A stretch of DNA of 60,160 nucleotides from Gammaproteobacteria bacterium (GCA_038114285.1 JAYNQN010000004.1:16681-76840), one strand, 5' to 3'. Counted from the first letter of the stretch, positions 39,379 through 51,043 are shown. The notes: generated from the letters alone by a model not told the origin. Numbers and translations: made by a program.

Positions 39379-39475
39379 AAATTTTATTTAACTTGACAAT
39401 AATTACTTTATTAATAAAATTGTAATAGCTGGAACAAGGACAAATAATTGTACTAACGTAGGCATAAATAAACAT

Positions 39476-41365
39476 ATGGGAATATTTATTATGTCGTTTG
39501 CAAAACATTTATTTGTATTATGTATTTATCTTTATACAAGTGTAGCTATAAGTAAAGAATTACCTTATATCTACATATCTCCAAACCCAAGCAAAGAAAA
39601 TATCATTCTCCATGCTGGTAATGTTGAATACATTAATATTTCAGATGACAGTAAAAACTATTCTCTTAGTAATACACTAAAAAATAAAACAAGTATGTCA
39701 TTTAGTCGTTCTGGAGGAATAACTAGCCAAAATCAATTAAGGATGAGAGGCGGAGAAGCAAATCATGTACTTGTTCTAATAGATGGAATAGAGGTTAACG
39801 ATCCCGCTTCAGGATCTGAGTATGACTTTTCTCATTTTTACAACTTTAATTTAGATAAAATAGAAATATTAAAGGGTGCATATAGTAATGTTCATGGCAC
39901 TGATGCAATGAGTGGTGTAATTAATATCAAGACCAAAAATAAAAATGGTGTCAACATTACCTCTGGAAGTAACAATACAAATATAAAAAATTATTCTTTT
40001 ACTAGATCAAGTAATTTTTTTCAATATGGGATGGATATAAATTTATTAGATTCAAGTGGAATTGATACCAGTGGATCATCGGGCGATAGAAATAGATATG
40101 AAAATGAAAATATTAGATTAAGTATTAATTCTATTAATCATAATTTTACACTATTCTATTTTGATATTTATAGACAAAGCGATAGAGATTCTAGTGGGAA
40201 TATATCTGACAATGAGAACGCGGTCACCGATATTAATCAACTATACTCAAAATATACATATACAAAAATATTTTCAAAAAATATGACCTCAGAAAATGGT
40301 TTGCAGTATTCAACAACAAAAAATTTAGATTTTTCTCCATCTAATGGCGTATGGGAAACACTAACACAATCTGAAAAGTTTAAAATTACATCCAATACAT
40401 CCATAAACTTGGGTAATTTATTTAATTTAAGTAAAGATCCACTCTTAAGCATTGGCATAGAATATGAAAAAATTAATTTTACGCAACTAGTATTAAATAC
40501 AGCATATGGAAACGGCAATCAAATGCAAAGTGAGTACAGTAGTTCTTTTAGTCTTGAGCTATTGCATCCTATAGATAATTTTCAATTTGAAGTTTCAGCT
40601 AGAAGAACAATAAACCAAAGATTTGCCAATAAAAACACTCATAGATTTGGAATTTCATATAAATTAAAAAATGGAAAATTCTTTATAAATCATTCAACAG
40701 CATTTAAAAATCCAACCTTTACAGAACGTTTTGGATATTATGCTGAAACATTTAATGGGAACCCAAATCTTAATCCAGAAAATATTAGACAATATGAAGC
40801 TGGTTACTTAGTAAATATTTACAATAATAATATTAATATTAGTCAAACTTTTTATAACATGAAGCTTAAAAATGAGATTAACGGCTTTGTAAATGATGGG
40901 AATGGTGGTTACACAGCGAAAAATATTGCAAATAGAAGCCACAGAAGAGGTGTTGAGTCTAAAATAAATTATAAAATAAATAAAAATTCTTATTTAACTC
41001 TTACACATGATTACACTGAATCAACACAACATAATAGTACAAAAAATATACAGGAACAAGAAATTAGAAGACCGAAAAATTTAATAAACTTGAACTATCA
41101 AAAATCTATTAGCAATAAATTAAGTATTAACTCTAATATTTTATATTCTTCTAAAATTAAAGACACAGATTTTTCTGTATATCCTTCAGAAACTAAATAT
41201 TTAAGCGATTACTATTTATTTAACTCAGTAATAAATTATAAGATTGATACTGATAACGAATTTTCATTATTTCTAAATAATATTTTTAATAGAAAATATA
41301 ATGAAGTATATGGTTATAATATGCCAGGATTTGAGGTTCTGCTTAATTACAATAGAAATTTCTAG
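39476..41365 (+). CDS. TonB-dependent outer-membrane receptor, small BtuB-like type
   Basis: Signal peptide. Plug motif MRGGEANHVLVLIDGIEVND, compared with BtuB RGTNxSHVLVLIDGVRLN. GTDAMSGVINIKT motif and terminal aromatic NRNF. 629 aa. Confidence 0.8.
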   Translation: MGIFIMSFAKHLFVLCIYLYTSVAISKELPYIYISPNPSKENIILHAGNVEYINISDDSKNYSLSNTLKNKTSMSFSRSGGITSQNQLRMRGGEANHVLVLIDGIEVNDPASGSEYDFSHFYNFNLDKIEILKGAYSNVHGTDAMSGVINIKTKNKNGVNITSGSNNTNIKNYSFTRSSNFFQYGMDINLLDSSGIDTSGSSGDRNRYENENIRLSINSINHNFTLFYFDIYRQSDRDSSGNISDNENAVTDINQLYSKYTYTKIFSKNMTSENGLQYSTTKNLDFSPSNGVWETLTQSEKFKITSNTSINLGNLFNLSKDPLLSIGIEYEKINFTQLVLNTAYGNGNQMQSEYSSSFSLELLHPIDNFQFEVSARRTINQRFANKNTHRFGISYKLKNGKFFINHSTAFKNPTFTERFGYYAETFNGNPNLNPENIRQYEAGYLVNIYNNNINISQTFYNMKLKNEINGFVNDGNGGYTAKNIANRSHRRGVESKINYKINKNSYLTLTHDYTESTQHNSTKNIQEQEIRRPKNLINLNYQKSISNKLSINSNILYSSKIKDTDFSVYPSETKYLSDYYLFNSVINYKIDTDNEFSLFLNNIFNRKYNEVYGYNMPGFEVLLNYNRNF

Positions 41366-41372
41366 CAATAAT

Positions 41373-41711
41373 CTATTTTGGTATGCTAAATGTAATTTTA
41401 TCTACAGAGTCATTTATTTCTAAAAATTTAATGCTTTCAGGATTGATATTTATTTGCTTATCTTTATTTAATAAGATTATCGAAACTTGATTATTCTCAT
41501 CAACACTTAATTCGCCTAGATTTTTGTTATTATCACCCTTTAACAAAATATTTTTAACTGCTATTGTATGTGCTGTTACCCTATAATCACCGAACATTCC
41601 AGTTTTTATTGCTGAGTTATAAATTAAAGCAGCAGCCATAATAAGAACTACAAATTTCAGTGTTCCAATTTGTTTTTCTAGTTTTTCAAATTTATCACTA
41701 TTATTTTCCAT
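41373..41711 (-). CDS. hypothetical small membrane-anchored protein
   Basis: 112 aa with a single N-terminal TM helix (LKFVVLIMAAALIYNSAI). No recognisable domain. Tightly packed upstream of the next gene's end, so probably real. Confidence 0.4.
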   Translation of the reverse strand: MENNSDKFEKLEKQIGTLKFVVLIMAAALIYNSAIKTGMFGDYRVTAHTIAVKNILLKGDNNKNLGELSVDENNQVSIILLNKDKQININPESIKFLEINDSVDKITFSIPK

Positions 41712-41715
41712 TTTA

Positions 41716-42396
41716 TTAACCTAATTTTTTTATTGATTCAGGAATTTGAGAAAAATTGTCAACTATATTTTCAGTTTTAATATCTTTCTCAATCTTACTA
41801 TCATGTCTTAACCAAATATAATTCATGTTAACTGATTTTGCACCGATTATATCTTTATCATAGCTATCGCCAATATGTAGCATTTCTGAAGGCTTGCATT
41901 TCGTTAATTTAAGAGCATATTCAAATATTTTAGGATTTGGCTTCATAAACCCTACTTCGGATGCCTTAACTTCAAAATCAAAATATTTTTCAATCCCTAT
42001 AGTTTTTAATGATGCATTTCCATTTGTTATGGTGCCTAAAATATAATTTTTCTTCATACTTTCAAGAATATTTTCTACATTTTTGTACAAAGTTACATCA
42101 TTTCTATACTTCATGAAATAGTCAAAAGATTTTTTGGGCATATCTTCTGGTAATTTATATAGGTCTTTTAATTTTGTATAAGACAAAATTCTAACTTTTG
42201 TTAAATCATGTTTAATATCTAAATTTTCTAACGATGTTTGTCTTATTAGTTTTCTTAAGGACTCTATACTATGTTGTTTAGTTACAATTGGATATTTTTT
42301 TTCTAACCATTTATAAAACATTTTTTCAGCTTTTGTTATTACTGGCTCAATTTCCCACAAGGTATCATCAAGATCAAAAGTTACACATTTAATCAT
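41716..42396 (-). CDS. HAD-superfamily hydrolase (subfamily IA-like)
   Basis: FDLDDTLW (DxDxT) motif I, TNGN motif II, HIGDSYDKDIIGA motif IV. Confidence 0.7.
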   Translation of the reverse strand: MIKCVTFDLDDTLWEIEPVITKAEKMFYKWLEKKYPIVTKQHSIESLRKLIRQTSLENLDIKHDLTKVRILSYTKLKDLYKLPEDMPKKSFDYFMKYRNDVTLYKNVENILESMKKNYILGTITNGNASLKTIGIEKYFDFEVKASEVGFMKPNPKIFEYALKLTKCKPSEMLHIGDSYDKDIIGAKSVNMNYIWLRHDSKIEKDIKTENIVDNFSQIPESIKKLG

Positions 42397-42404
42397 AATA
42401 TATT

Positions 42405-43289
42405 TTAATCCGTTAATATTTTTTCTAGATCTTTATATTTATTATATGTTTTTTCAACAATATTTTCAGGTAATTCTGGTGGTGGTAATGTATCAACCCA
42501 AGATATACTTTTTACGTAATCTCTTATAAACTGCTTATCTAAACTAGCTGGACTTATACCTTCTTCGTATGTATCAGCTAACCAAAATCTTGAAGAGTCT
42601 GGTGTCAATATTTCATCCATAAGTATTAATTTTCCTTTTTTCGACAAACCAAATTCAAATTTAGTATCTGCTAAAATAATATTTTTTTTTATTAAGTGTT
42701 TTTCCGCATTTTTAAATATTTCTAAGCTTATTTCCTTTATTGATTTAGAATAATCTAATCCGATAATTTCCACCATTTCATTAAATTCTATGTTTATATC
42801 ATGCTCCCCAACTTTTGCTTTAGAAGATGGAGTAAAAATTAAATCTGGTAATTTTGATGCCATTTTTAAATTCTCTGGAAGTTGTATATTACATATTGAG
42901 CCTTTGGATAAATAATCAGAATAACCAGAACCAATTAAATATTTTCTGACTATGGCCTCAACTGGCAATGCACTTAACTTTTTTACTACAACTGATCGAT
43001 CTTCTATTTGATCATAATCACTGTCCGTTATTTTTAGTTCATTAATATTTATATTGCTTAAATGATTATCTATTTGTTCTGAAAATTTCTTAAACCAAAA
43101 ATTTGATACTTTATTAAGAATAATACCTTTTTCTGGAATTGGTGTTGGCAAAATAGTATCAAAAACTGATACTCTGTCCGTAGATACTATTAAAATATTG
43201 TTTTGGTCTACCTCATAAATATCTCTAACTTTACCTTGATAAATTTTTTTTAGACTTTTGATATCAGATGTATGCAATATATTTTTCAT
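42405..43289 (-). CDS. purC: phosphoribosylaminoimidazole-succinocarboxamide synthase (long form)
   Basis: 294 aa. GKVRDIY, DRVSVFD and ILADTKFEFG motifs. Confidence 0.9.
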   Translation of the reverse strand: MKNILHTSDIKSLKKIYQGKVRDIYEVDQNNILIVSTDRVSVFDTILPTPIPEKGIILNKVSNFWFKKFSEQIDNHLSNININELKITDSDYDQIEDRSVVVKKLSALPVEAIVRKYLIGSGYSDYLSKGSICNIQLPENLKMASKLPDLIFTPSSKAKVGEHDINIEFNEMVEIIGLDYSKSIKEISLEIFKNAEKHLIKKNIILADTKFEFGLSKKGKLILMDEILTPDSSRFWLADTYEEGISPASLDKQFIRDYVKSISWVDTLPPPELPENIVEKTYNKYKDLEKILTD

Positions 43290-43386
43290 AAATTAAAATT
43301 TTGTTAAATTTAATTAATAGTTGAACTCTGTAGATAGCTTTTGCTTTATATATTATAATATCATAATTAATACTTGAGGTAATAAT

Positions 43387-43881
43387 ATGACTGATAGCAA
43401 AAAACCAATTGTAGGTGTAGTAATGGGTAGCGATAGTGATTGGCCAATTATGAAACTTGCTACAGAAATATTGGACAAATTTAATGTTATTTATGAGGCA
43501 AAAATTGTATCAGCTCATAGAACTCCTGATACTATGTATGAGTATGCTGCAACAGCCAATAATAGAGGATTAAAATGTATTATTGCTGGCGCTGGTGGCG
43601 CAGCTCATCTCCCTGGAATGTTGGCATCAAAAACGGAAATACCTGTCCTTGGTGTGCCAATTCATACAAAATATTTAAAAGGTAGAGATTCACTCATATC
43701 AATAGTTCAAATGCCAAAAGGAATTCCAGTAGCAACATTCGCAATTGGTGAGTCAGGCGCAACCAATGCAGCATTATTTGCAATATCATTATTATCAAAT
43801 AACGACAAGATATTGCATGAAAAACTACTAGATTTTAGGGAATCACAAAAAAATAAAGTTATAAATACAAAACTAAAATAA
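43387..43881 (+). CDS. purE: 5-(carboxyamino)imidazole ribonucleotide mutase
   Basis: MGSDSDW, SAHRTP and [10 protein letters not shown] motifs. Followed by purK, hence class I. Confidence 0.9.
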   Translation: MTDSKKPIVGVVMGSDSDWPIMKLATEILDKFNVIYEAKIVSAHRTPDTMYEYAATANNRGLKCIIAGAGGAAHLPGMLASKTEIPVLGVPIHTKYLKGRDSLISIVQMPKGIPVATFAIGESGATNAALFAISLLSNNDKILHEKLLDFRESQKNKVINTKLK

Positions 43882-43889
43882 CTATATTA

Positions 43890-45008
43890 ATGAAAGAAGA
43901 AAAATTAATTGCCATGCTAGGTGGCGGACAACTTGGTCTTATGTTTACAGAAAAGGCACAAGAAATGGGTCAAAAGGTACTTATACTTGACCCAGATAAA
44001 GATTGTCCTGCTGGTAAAATAGCTGACAAATTTATTAACGCAAGTTTTGATGATTCAAATGCCTTAAATTTTATATTGAAAAATTGTAATGTATGCACCA
44101 CAGAATTTGAAAATATTCCATACCAAACTCTTGAATTTTTAGATAAAGGAATCAGAGTATTTCCTAATCCACAATCTCTTAAAATTTCACAAAATAGAAT
44201 TTTGGAAAAATCTTTTTTAAAAAAAAATAATATACCTACAACAGAATACTATGAAATTAATTCAGAAAAAGATATAGAAGTTCTTTGTAATCTAGAAAAA
44301 TGGCCATACATATTAAAAACAAGTACTTTTGGTTACGATGGAAAGGGCCAAATGATTATTCAAGATTTTGATGATATTAAAAAAGCATATAATAAATTAC
44401 AAGCTAGAAATTACGTTTTAGAAAAAAAAGTTACTCTAAAAAAAGAGGTTTCTCAAGTTGCTGCCTGCTATAATGATAAGATTATTTTTTTACCTATTAG
44501 TGAAAATATTCACATTAATAATATTTTACATAAATCTATTGTTCCTGCCGACATTAACAAAGAAACTGAAAAATCTGTACAATCAATAACTACAACAATA
44601 TGTAAAGCTCTAAATTATCAAGGTATTATTTGCATAGAATTTTTTATTGATTCTATGGATAATGTATTGGTAAACGAGATTGCACCAAGGACACATAATA
44701 GTGGTCATTATTCTATAGAAGGTTGTAATATTTCTCAGTTTGAACATCAGGTAAGAATTTTAAACAATTATGAAGCTAAACCTTCTAAATTAAAATATCC
44801 TTCTGTAATGTTGAATTTATTAGGTGATTTGTGGATTGACAATAAACCAAATTTTAATTTTGATAGCAAACAAAATATTTTTTTACATTTATATAATAAA
44901 ACAACACCCAAAAAAGGTAGAAAAATGGGTCATATAACAGTTACAAATGAAGACCTAAAAACTGCTAACGATTCTATTGATGAAATTTTCACAAACTTAA
45001 AAAATTAA
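43890..45008 (+). CDS. purK: 5-(carboxyamino)imidazole ribonucleotide synthase
   Basis: 372-aa ATP-grasp protein. GGGQLGLM N-terminus, YDGKGQ and NEIAPRTHNSGH motifs. Confidence 0.9.
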   Translation: MKEEKLIAMLGGGQLGLMFTEKAQEMGQKVLILDPDKDCPAGKIADKFINASFDDSNALNFILKNCNVCTTEFENIPYQTLEFLDKGIRVFPNPQSLKISQNRILEKSFLKKNNIPTTEYYEINSEKDIEVLCNLEKWPYILKTSTFGYDGKGQMIIQDFDDIKKAYNKLQARNYVLEKKVTLKKEVSQVAACYNDKIIFLPISENIHINNILHKSIVPADINKETEKSVQSITTTICKALNYQGIICIEFFIDSMDNVLVNEIAPRTHNSGHYSIEGCNISQFEHQVRILNNYEAKPSKLKYPSVMLNLLGDLWIDNKPNFNFDSKQNIFLHLYNKTTPKKGRKMGHITVTNEDLKTANDSIDEIFTNLKN

Positions 45009-45009
45009 A

Positions 45010-45996
45010 ATGAAAAATTATCATGCTATTTTAGTTTCCTACACAAATAAAAAACATAAAACAAGTTTTATCGAAAAGACTTTTAGAGATCTTAAAAAAA
45101 ATGAAATTCTTGTTAAAATTAAGTTTTCATGTATCAATTACAAAGATGCACTTTCTGTTACAGGTAAAACAAAAATTATTAGAGGCTCACACCTAACTCC
45201 TGGACTTGACTTCTCTGGGATTGTATTAGAGAGTAACTCCAATAAATTTTCCAAAGGAGATAGGGTTTTAGCAACCGGGTCTGGTCTTGGAGAATCAATA
45301 GATGGGGGTTTTTCTGAATATATTTATGTTCCTGAAGAAATTTTATTAAAAATTCCTGATAATTTATCTTTATTAAGTTCAATGCAAATTGGAACTGCAG
45401 GCTTCACATCTGCTATTGCTATTGAAAAAATGCTACTTAATAAACAATCTCCAAATGATGGCCCTATTGTTATATCCGGTGCGACTGGAGGTGTTGGAAG
45501 CCTTTCAATTAATATATTAAATAAATTAGGATACAAAGTAATCGCGATTACAAGAAAAAAGAAATCTACTGCTTATCTTAAAGACATAGGAGCAAGTGAA
45601 ATCATAAAATTTAATTCTAAATCCAATAATAAACTTTTAAATAGTAAAATTTTTGCTGGCGCAATTGATAATGTTGGTGGAAGAATTCTTGATTGGATTA
45701 TAAAAAGTACTTCTGATAATGGAAATATAGTTTCAGTCGGTATGGCGCAAAGTGAAAAGCTTGAGACAACTGTTATACCACTTATAATAAGAGGAGTTAA
45801 TGTACTTGGTGTTACGTCTACTAATTTTCCAAATAAAAAAAGATATTATATTTGGAAAAAACTCTCTAATATTTATAAGCCAACTAAATTAAATAAAATA
45901 AATAGTAGTATAATTGAATTAAAGGATGTCGTTAAAATATCCAGAAAAATAATTAATGGAAAAAGTACTGGAAGAATAATAATAAAAATTCGTTAA
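45010..45996 (+). CDS. acuI: MDR-family NADPH-dependent oxidoreductase (YhdH / acrylyl-CoA reductase AcuI type)
   Basis: [27 protein letters not shown] and [10 protein letters not shown] are collinear with E. coli YhdH, from memory. Confidence 0.7.
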   Translation: MKNYHAILVSYTNKKHKTSFIEKTFRDLKKNEILVKIKFSCINYKDALSVTGKTKIIRGSHLTPGLDFSGIVLESNSNKFSKGDRVLATGSGLGESIDGGFSEYIYVPEEILLKIPDNLSLLSSMQIGTAGFTSAIAIEKMLLNKQSPNDGPIVISGATGGVGSLSINILNKLGYKVIAITRKKKSTAYLKDIGASEIIKFNSKSNNKLLNSKIFAGAIDNVGGRILDWIIKSTSDNGNIVSVGMAQSEKLETTVIPLIIRGVNVLGVTSTNFPNKKRYYIWKKLSNIYKPTKLNKINSSIIELKDVVKISRKIINGKSTGRIIIKIR

Positions 45997-48014
45997 CTTC
46001 CTGTTTCCTGAGATGAATTAGAGAAAACAAAATCTTTAATTTTAGTTATTTCATCTCTTAAACGTGATGCTTCTTCAAACTCTAAATTTGATGCGTGTTC
46101 GTACATTTTTTCCTCTAATTTTTTTATTTTTTTCATAACTATAGATGGGCTAACACTTGTATACTCTTTTAAAAAATCATCATTAATATATTTCTTTTCA
46201 TTTTTTTCATGAGTATCTGCCTCCATAATATCTGGAATTGACTTACTAACACCCTTGGGTTTAATTTTGTTATCTTTATTATATAAAATTTGCTTTTTTC
46301 TTCTTCTTTCTGTTTCTTCAATTGTTCTATTTATAGATCCTGTTAAAGTATCTGCATACAAGATAGCTTTTCCATTTATGTTTCTTGCTGCTCTGCCTAT
46401 CGTCTGAATTAGAGATCTATCGGATCTCAAAAATCCCTCTTTATCCGCATCTAAAATAGCAACTAATGACACCTCGGGAATATCTAAACCTTCTCTTAAT
46501 AAATTTATGCCAACTAGGACATCAAATTCTCCTAATCTTAGTCCTCGAATAATTTCCACTCTTTCTACTGTATCTATATCTGAATGCAAATATTTTACTT
46601 TTATACCATGATCCTGAAGATAACTTGATAAATCTTCTGACATTCTTTTTGTAAGAGTTGTAACTAATACTCTTTCATTTTTATTTACTACTTTATTTAT
46701 CTCACTTAATAAGTCATCAACTTGTGTGTCTGCTGGCCGAACTTCTATTATTGGGTCAACTAAACCCGTTGGCCTAACAACCTGCTCTGCAACTTGATCC
46801 GCTTTATTAATCTCATAATCTCCAGGCGTCGCAGAAACATATATTAATTGTGGTGACAGTATTTCAAATTCTTCAAACATTAGCGGTCTATTATCAAGAG
46901 CAGATGGTAGTCTAAAGCCAAAATCTACTAATGTCTGCTTTCTAGACCTGTCACCTAAATACATTCCTCTAAATTGTGGGACAGTTACATGGCTTTCATC
47001 CATGATCATTAAAGCATTTGAAGGCATATAATCAATTAAACAAGGTGGTGCCTCACCAGGATTTCTTCCAGACAAATATCTCGAGTAATTCTCAATACCA
47101 GAACAATAACCAATTTCTTTAATCATTTCTAAGTCAAATTTTGTTCTCTCTTCAAGTCTTTGAGCCTCTACAAGTTTATTATTATCTCTAAATTCTTTTA
47201 ATCTTAATTCTAACTCTTCACCAATATTATCAATAGCTTTTAGCAAAACTTCTCTTGGAGTAACATAATGGGTTTTTGGATATACAGTGAGTCTTGGAAC
47301 TATTTTAATGATTTCACCTGTAAGAAAATCAAAAAAACTTAGTTTTTCAATTTCATCACCAAACAATTCTATTCTTACAGCCTCATTTTCAGAATCTGCA
47401 GGATGGATATCTATAATATCTCCATTTACTCTAAAAGTACCACGTTTAAGTTCTAATTGATTTCTTGTGTACTGCATCTCTGCTAAACGTCTTAATATCT
47501 TACGCTGATCTATTATCTCGCCTCTTGATAAATGTAATACCATCTCTTGATATGATTTAGCATCCCCTAGTCCATAAATAGAGGATACTGAAGCAACAAT
47601 GATCGTATCTTCTCTTTCAAATAAAGCTTTTGTTGCTGATAGTCTCATTTGTTCAATATGCTCGTTAATTGCTGCATCTTTTTCTATGTAACTATCTTTT
47701 GCAGGTACATATGCTTCTGGTTGATAATAATCATAATATGACACAAAATATTCAACGGCATTATTAGGAAAATATTCTTTCATTTCGCCATAAAGCTGGG
47801 CAGCCAATGTTTTATTTGGGGCTAAAATTATTGTTGGTCTTTGAACATTTTCCACAATATTAGCAATTGTGAATGTTTTTCCAGACCCCGTTACACCAAG
47901 AAGTACTTGAGAGTTAAGCCCAGATTCTAAACCATCAGTCAATTTATTTATTGCTACTGGCTGATCACCGCCTGGCTTGTATTTAGAAATTAATTTAAAT
48001 TTTTTTTTATTCAT
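45993..48014 (-). CDS. uvrB: excinuclease ABC subunit B
   Basis: 673 aa. GVTGSGKTF Walker A, MDESHV, GRAARN, and the C-terminal UVR motif [12 protein letters not shown]. Confidence 0.95.
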   Translation of the reverse strand: MNKKKFKLISKYKPGGDQPVAINKLTDGLESGLNSQVLLGVTGSGKTFTIANIVENVQRPTIILAPNKTLAAQLYGEMKEYFPNNAVEYFVSYYDYYQPEAYVPAKDSYIEKDAAINEHIEQMRLSATKALFEREDTIIVASVSSIYGLGDAKSYQEMVLHLSRGEIIDQRKILRRLAEMQYTRNQLELKRGTFRVNGDIIDIHPADSENEAVRIELFGDEIEKLSFFDFLTGEIIKIVPRLTVYPKTHYVTPREVLLKAIDNIGEELELRLKEFRDNNKLVEAQRLEERTKFDLEMIKEIGYCSGIENYSRYLSGRNPGEAPPCLIDYMPSNALMIMDESHVTVPQFRGMYLGDRSRKQTLVDFGFRLPSALDNRPLMFEEFEILSPQLIYVSATPGDYEINKADQVAEQVVRPTGLVDPIIEVRPADTQVDDLLSEINKVVNKNERVLVTTLTKRMSEDLSSYLQDHGIKVKYLHSDIDTVERVEIIRGLRLGEFDVLVGINLLREGLDIPEVSLVAILDADKEGFLRSDRSLIQTIGRAARNINGKAILYADTLTGSINRTIEETERRRKKQILYNKDNKIKPKGVSKSIPDIMEADTHEKNEKKYINDDFLKEYTSVSPSIVMKKIKKLEEKMYEHASNLEFEEASRLRDEITKIKDFVFSNSSQETGS

Positions 48015-48111
48015 TTTTGTATAAAAAAATTGTTTTTAGTCAAAAATAAGCTATGATTCTAGATTAGAATATCATAATATCCATGTAAATTTATATTATA
48101 CGTTTAAAATA

Positions 48112-49290
48112 ATGAAGCTCTCAAAGAGAATCTCAAATACCAAAACATCTGCAACAATTGCGATGAGCATGAAAGCAAGGGAATTAATTTCTCAAGGCAA
48201 AGATGTTATATCTTTAAGCGCTGGTGAGCCTGATTTTGATACTCCAAAACACATAAAAGAAGCTGCAATTCAGTCTATAAAAGAGGGTAATACTAAATAC
48301 ACCCCTGTAGATGGTATGGCTGTACTAAAAGAATCTATTGTTGAAAAATTTAGAAATGAAAATAATTTGAACTATGAAACTGATCAAATTTTAGTGTCTG
48401 CTGGATGCAAACAAAGTATATATAATTTATGTCAAGCAGTTTTAGATAAAGGTGATGAAGTTTTAATACCATCACCATATTGGGTTTCATATCCAGAAAT
48501 TGTAAAATTGTCTGACGCTAATCCTGTATTTATTGAAACTAATAGTGATACTGATTTTAAAATAACAGGAGAAATGCTAACAAATAGTATAACTAGTAAG
48601 ACAAAAATGCTACTTTTAAACAGTCCGTCTAATCCATCAGGTTTTATATATAATGAAAAAGATTTGAATGAGATTGGTTTAGTTTTAAGAAAATATCCAA
48701 ATTTAATTATTGCTTCAGATGATATTTATGAGCACATTATTTTTAATAATAAAAAATTTACAAATATTTTGAATGTATGTCCAGAATTATATGATCAAAC
48801 TGTTGTGCTAAATGGCGTATCAAAAGCATATGCAATGACAGGATGGAGAATAGGATATGCAGCTGGAAATAAAAAAATTATTGGTGCTATGAAAAAGATT
48901 CAATCGCAAAGTACATCCTGCACATGTTCAATTTCACAAGCAGCTGCTAAATCTGCATTAGATAATTGTAATGATGAAGTTAAAAAAATGGTTGAGCAAT
49001 ATCAAATAAGGTCTGAATTTCTCCACACAGAATTAAATAAAATAGATGGTATAAAATATAAAAAGCCAGAAGGATCTTTTTATGCTTTTGTTGATGTAAA
49101 TGGTTTAATTAATAAAATTGATAATATAGAAGATGATTTTGATCTTGCAGAATATTTTCTAAAAAACGCAAATGTTGCTGTTGTTCCAGGAACTGCATTT
49201 GGATCAAAAAATCATATAAGAATATCTTTTGCCACAAGCTTAGAAAAGCTTAAATTAGCTATTGAAAGAATTAAAAATTTATTATCTTAG
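48112..49290 (+). CDS. class-I pyridoxal-phosphate aminotransferase (aspartate/prephenate aminotransferase type)
   Basis: 392 aa. NSPSNPSG and the PLP-Lys motif SKAYAMTGWRIGY. Confidence 0.8.
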   Translation: MKLSKRISNTKTSATIAMSMKARELISQGKDVISLSAGEPDFDTPKHIKEAAIQSIKEGNTKYTPVDGMAVLKESIVEKFRNENNLNYETDQILVSAGCKQSIYNLCQAVLDKGDEVLIPSPYWVSYPEIVKLSDANPVFIETNSDTDFKITGEMLTNSITSKTKMLLLNSPSNPSGFIYNEKDLNEIGLVLRKYPNLIIASDDIYEHIIFNNKKFTNILNVCPELYDQTVVLNGVSKAYAMTGWRIGYAAGNKKIIGAMKKIQSQSTSCTCSISQAAAKSALDNCNDEVKKMVEQYQIRSEFLHTELNKIDGIKYKKPEGSFYAFVDVNGLINKIDNIEDDFDLAEYFLKNANVAVVPGTAFGSKNHIRISFATSLEKLKLAIERIKNLLS

Positions 49291-50064
49291 TTCTTGAATT
49301 TTTTTTAAAACGCCATCCCATAATTTTATCCTTGAATCTATAGCTTTAATTGCAAATTTTATTGCTTCATCGTAATACTCTTGATTATTTCCGTGAGCAT
49401 ATTCAAATAATTTTATCGATAATGGCCCGTGTCTAGAGCTATCTATATCAATATGTCTTGTAATGTAAAGTCTAAGCTTTGAAAACTTAGTGTTATTTTC
49501 ATCAATTTTACTCAAAATTTTTGAGAACATATCAGGTATTGTTGTTTCTCTTCCAAAAGTAAAAATTGCTGCTGTATTTGCAAAACTATTTGTATTTAAA
49601 CATTCGAATGTGTTTTTTACAAATTCCATACTTTCAAATGGTAAATTTGTACTATTTTTATTATTAAATTTCATAGGAATTTGGTTGCAACTAAAAATAA
49701 AATCATTAATTTCTTTAACATCAACCCCAATATCATTCATTGCCATAACATATAAATCGAAATGTGAATAATAGTTACCTTGGTCGTCATTATCTGACTC
49801 CTCTGAAAATATTATTTCATTAATGAAATGAGCAATGCCATTTTTAGTGTATTTACTTGGTTTCCATGGGTATGAAGAAGGACATATATAACTTTGCAAG
49901 CACTTTACTATACTCATAAAATCCCAAACGGCATATACATGGTATGACATAAAAATTTTTAATTCTTCTTCTAAAAATTTATCACTATCTTGAAACAATT
50001 TGTGGGAATTTAAACTATCTATTCTTTTTTTTAAAACATCAAAATCTTTTGTATTTTTCTTCAT
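49282..50064 (-). CDS. DUF3050-like (heme-oxygenase-fold) protein of unknown function
   Basis: 260 aa. HVYAVWDFMSIVKCLQ resembles the conserved DUF3050 motif as I remember it. No other signature. Confidence 0.45.
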   Translation of the reverse strand: MKKNTKDFDVLKKRIDSLNSHKLFQDSDKFLEEELKIFMSYHVYAVWDFMSIVKCLQSYICPSSYPWKPSKYTKNGIAHFINEIIFSEESDNDDQGNYYSHFDLYVMAMNDIGVDVKEINDFIFSCNQIPMKFNNKNSTNLPFESMEFVKNTFECLNTNSFANTAAIFTFGRETTIPDMFSKILSKIDENNTKFSKLRLYITRHIDIDSSRHGPLSIKLFEYAHGNNQEYYDEAIKFAIKAIDSRIKLWDGVLKKIQELR

Positions 50065-50089
50065 ATTTACTATTTTTTTACGTAATTTT

Positions 50090-51043
50090 TTAATTTAATG
50101 GAATATCTAAATTTTTATAGATACTTTTTTCAATTTTTTTTTCAATTAAATCATAATCTATACCAAGAAATTTTTTCATATGCACATAACTTTCATTAGT
50201 TGCTTTCTGGCTGTGACCAATTGTATGGCCTTCTACTGACTGTATGTCCATCATTCCATCAAAACTATGATAAGCTCCTTTAAGAATATGAAGTGTATAA
50301 TTATTTGAATTTGTTGTAAGCATTTTTTTACATCTTTCTGCTGTCGTCCAAGTATCTCTATCACCTGTTATGATCATAAGTTTAGTAAATGAAGTATTTA
50401 TCTTTGTATAATTACCAGAACACCAAGGGCTAAATGCTATAGCATATTTAAATGGGTTTTCATTATTACCTGTAGATTTGTACAAAGAATCTAAAACTGC
50501 CGTGGCTCCATGTGAAAAGCCAAAAATTGATATAGAGTCTTGATTTATATTACTATAATTTTTTTGTATAAATTTCTTCGTCATATGAGCATCTACAGCT
50601 CTTTGAAATGTTGGGACCCTATAATAATCTTGGCATACAGTATCAACACCTCTCGGTCTAAAACTATCTATTATTACAAACATATAATTCCATGAAATAA
50701 ATTTTCTAACCCATTGCGTTTGTCTACCCATAACACCATTACAACCATGTAAATCTATAATAGCATCTTTTGGAATAGTATTTTTAGGTTGAAAAATTAT
50801 TAACTTGATGTCTGATTTTTTATTTGTATATTTTATTTCTATTTCATAATTATTCTTAATGCCTGCATCATATTCCGTCTCCATTAACTTAGACCATATT
50901 TCTTGGCTATCATTTGCTACAACATCATGCACTGACAAAATTTTATGAGTATGTTCTATAGACTCTCTGTCAGTGGCTGATAAACTATGCGCTTGTACTT
51001 GACCAATATTTAATAATAAAAATAATAAAATATATTTTTTCAT
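50090..51043 (-). CDS. secreted alpha/beta hydrolase (dienelactone-hydrolase-like)
   Basis: Signal peptide MKKYILLFLLLNIGQVQA, nucleophile elbow GFSHGA, later GDRDTW, and His in GAYHSF. Confidence 0.5.
   Translation of the reverse strand: MKKYILLFLLLNIGQVQAHSLSATDRESIEHTHKILSVHDVVANDSQEIWSKLMETEYDAGIKNNYEIEIKYTNKKSDIKLIIFQPKNTIPKDAIIDLHGCNGVMGRQTQWVRKFISWNYMFVIIDSFRPRGVDTVCQDYYRVPTFQRAVDAHMTKKFIQKNYSNINQDSISIFGFSHGATAVLDSLYKSTGNNENPFKYAIAFSPWCSGNYTKINTSFTKLMIITGDRDTWTTAERCKKMLTTNSNNYTLHILKGAYHSFDGMMDIQSVEGHTIGHSQKATNESYVHMKKFLGIDYDLIEKKIEKSIYKNLDIPLN

Noticed and set aside
39379-39475. Possible cobalamin or other riboswitch upstream of the BtuB-like receptor.
   Set aside because: The spacer is only 97 nt, almost entirely A/T, with no B12-box-like GC-containing core and no evident stable helices. 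I cannot support an RNA element by eye.
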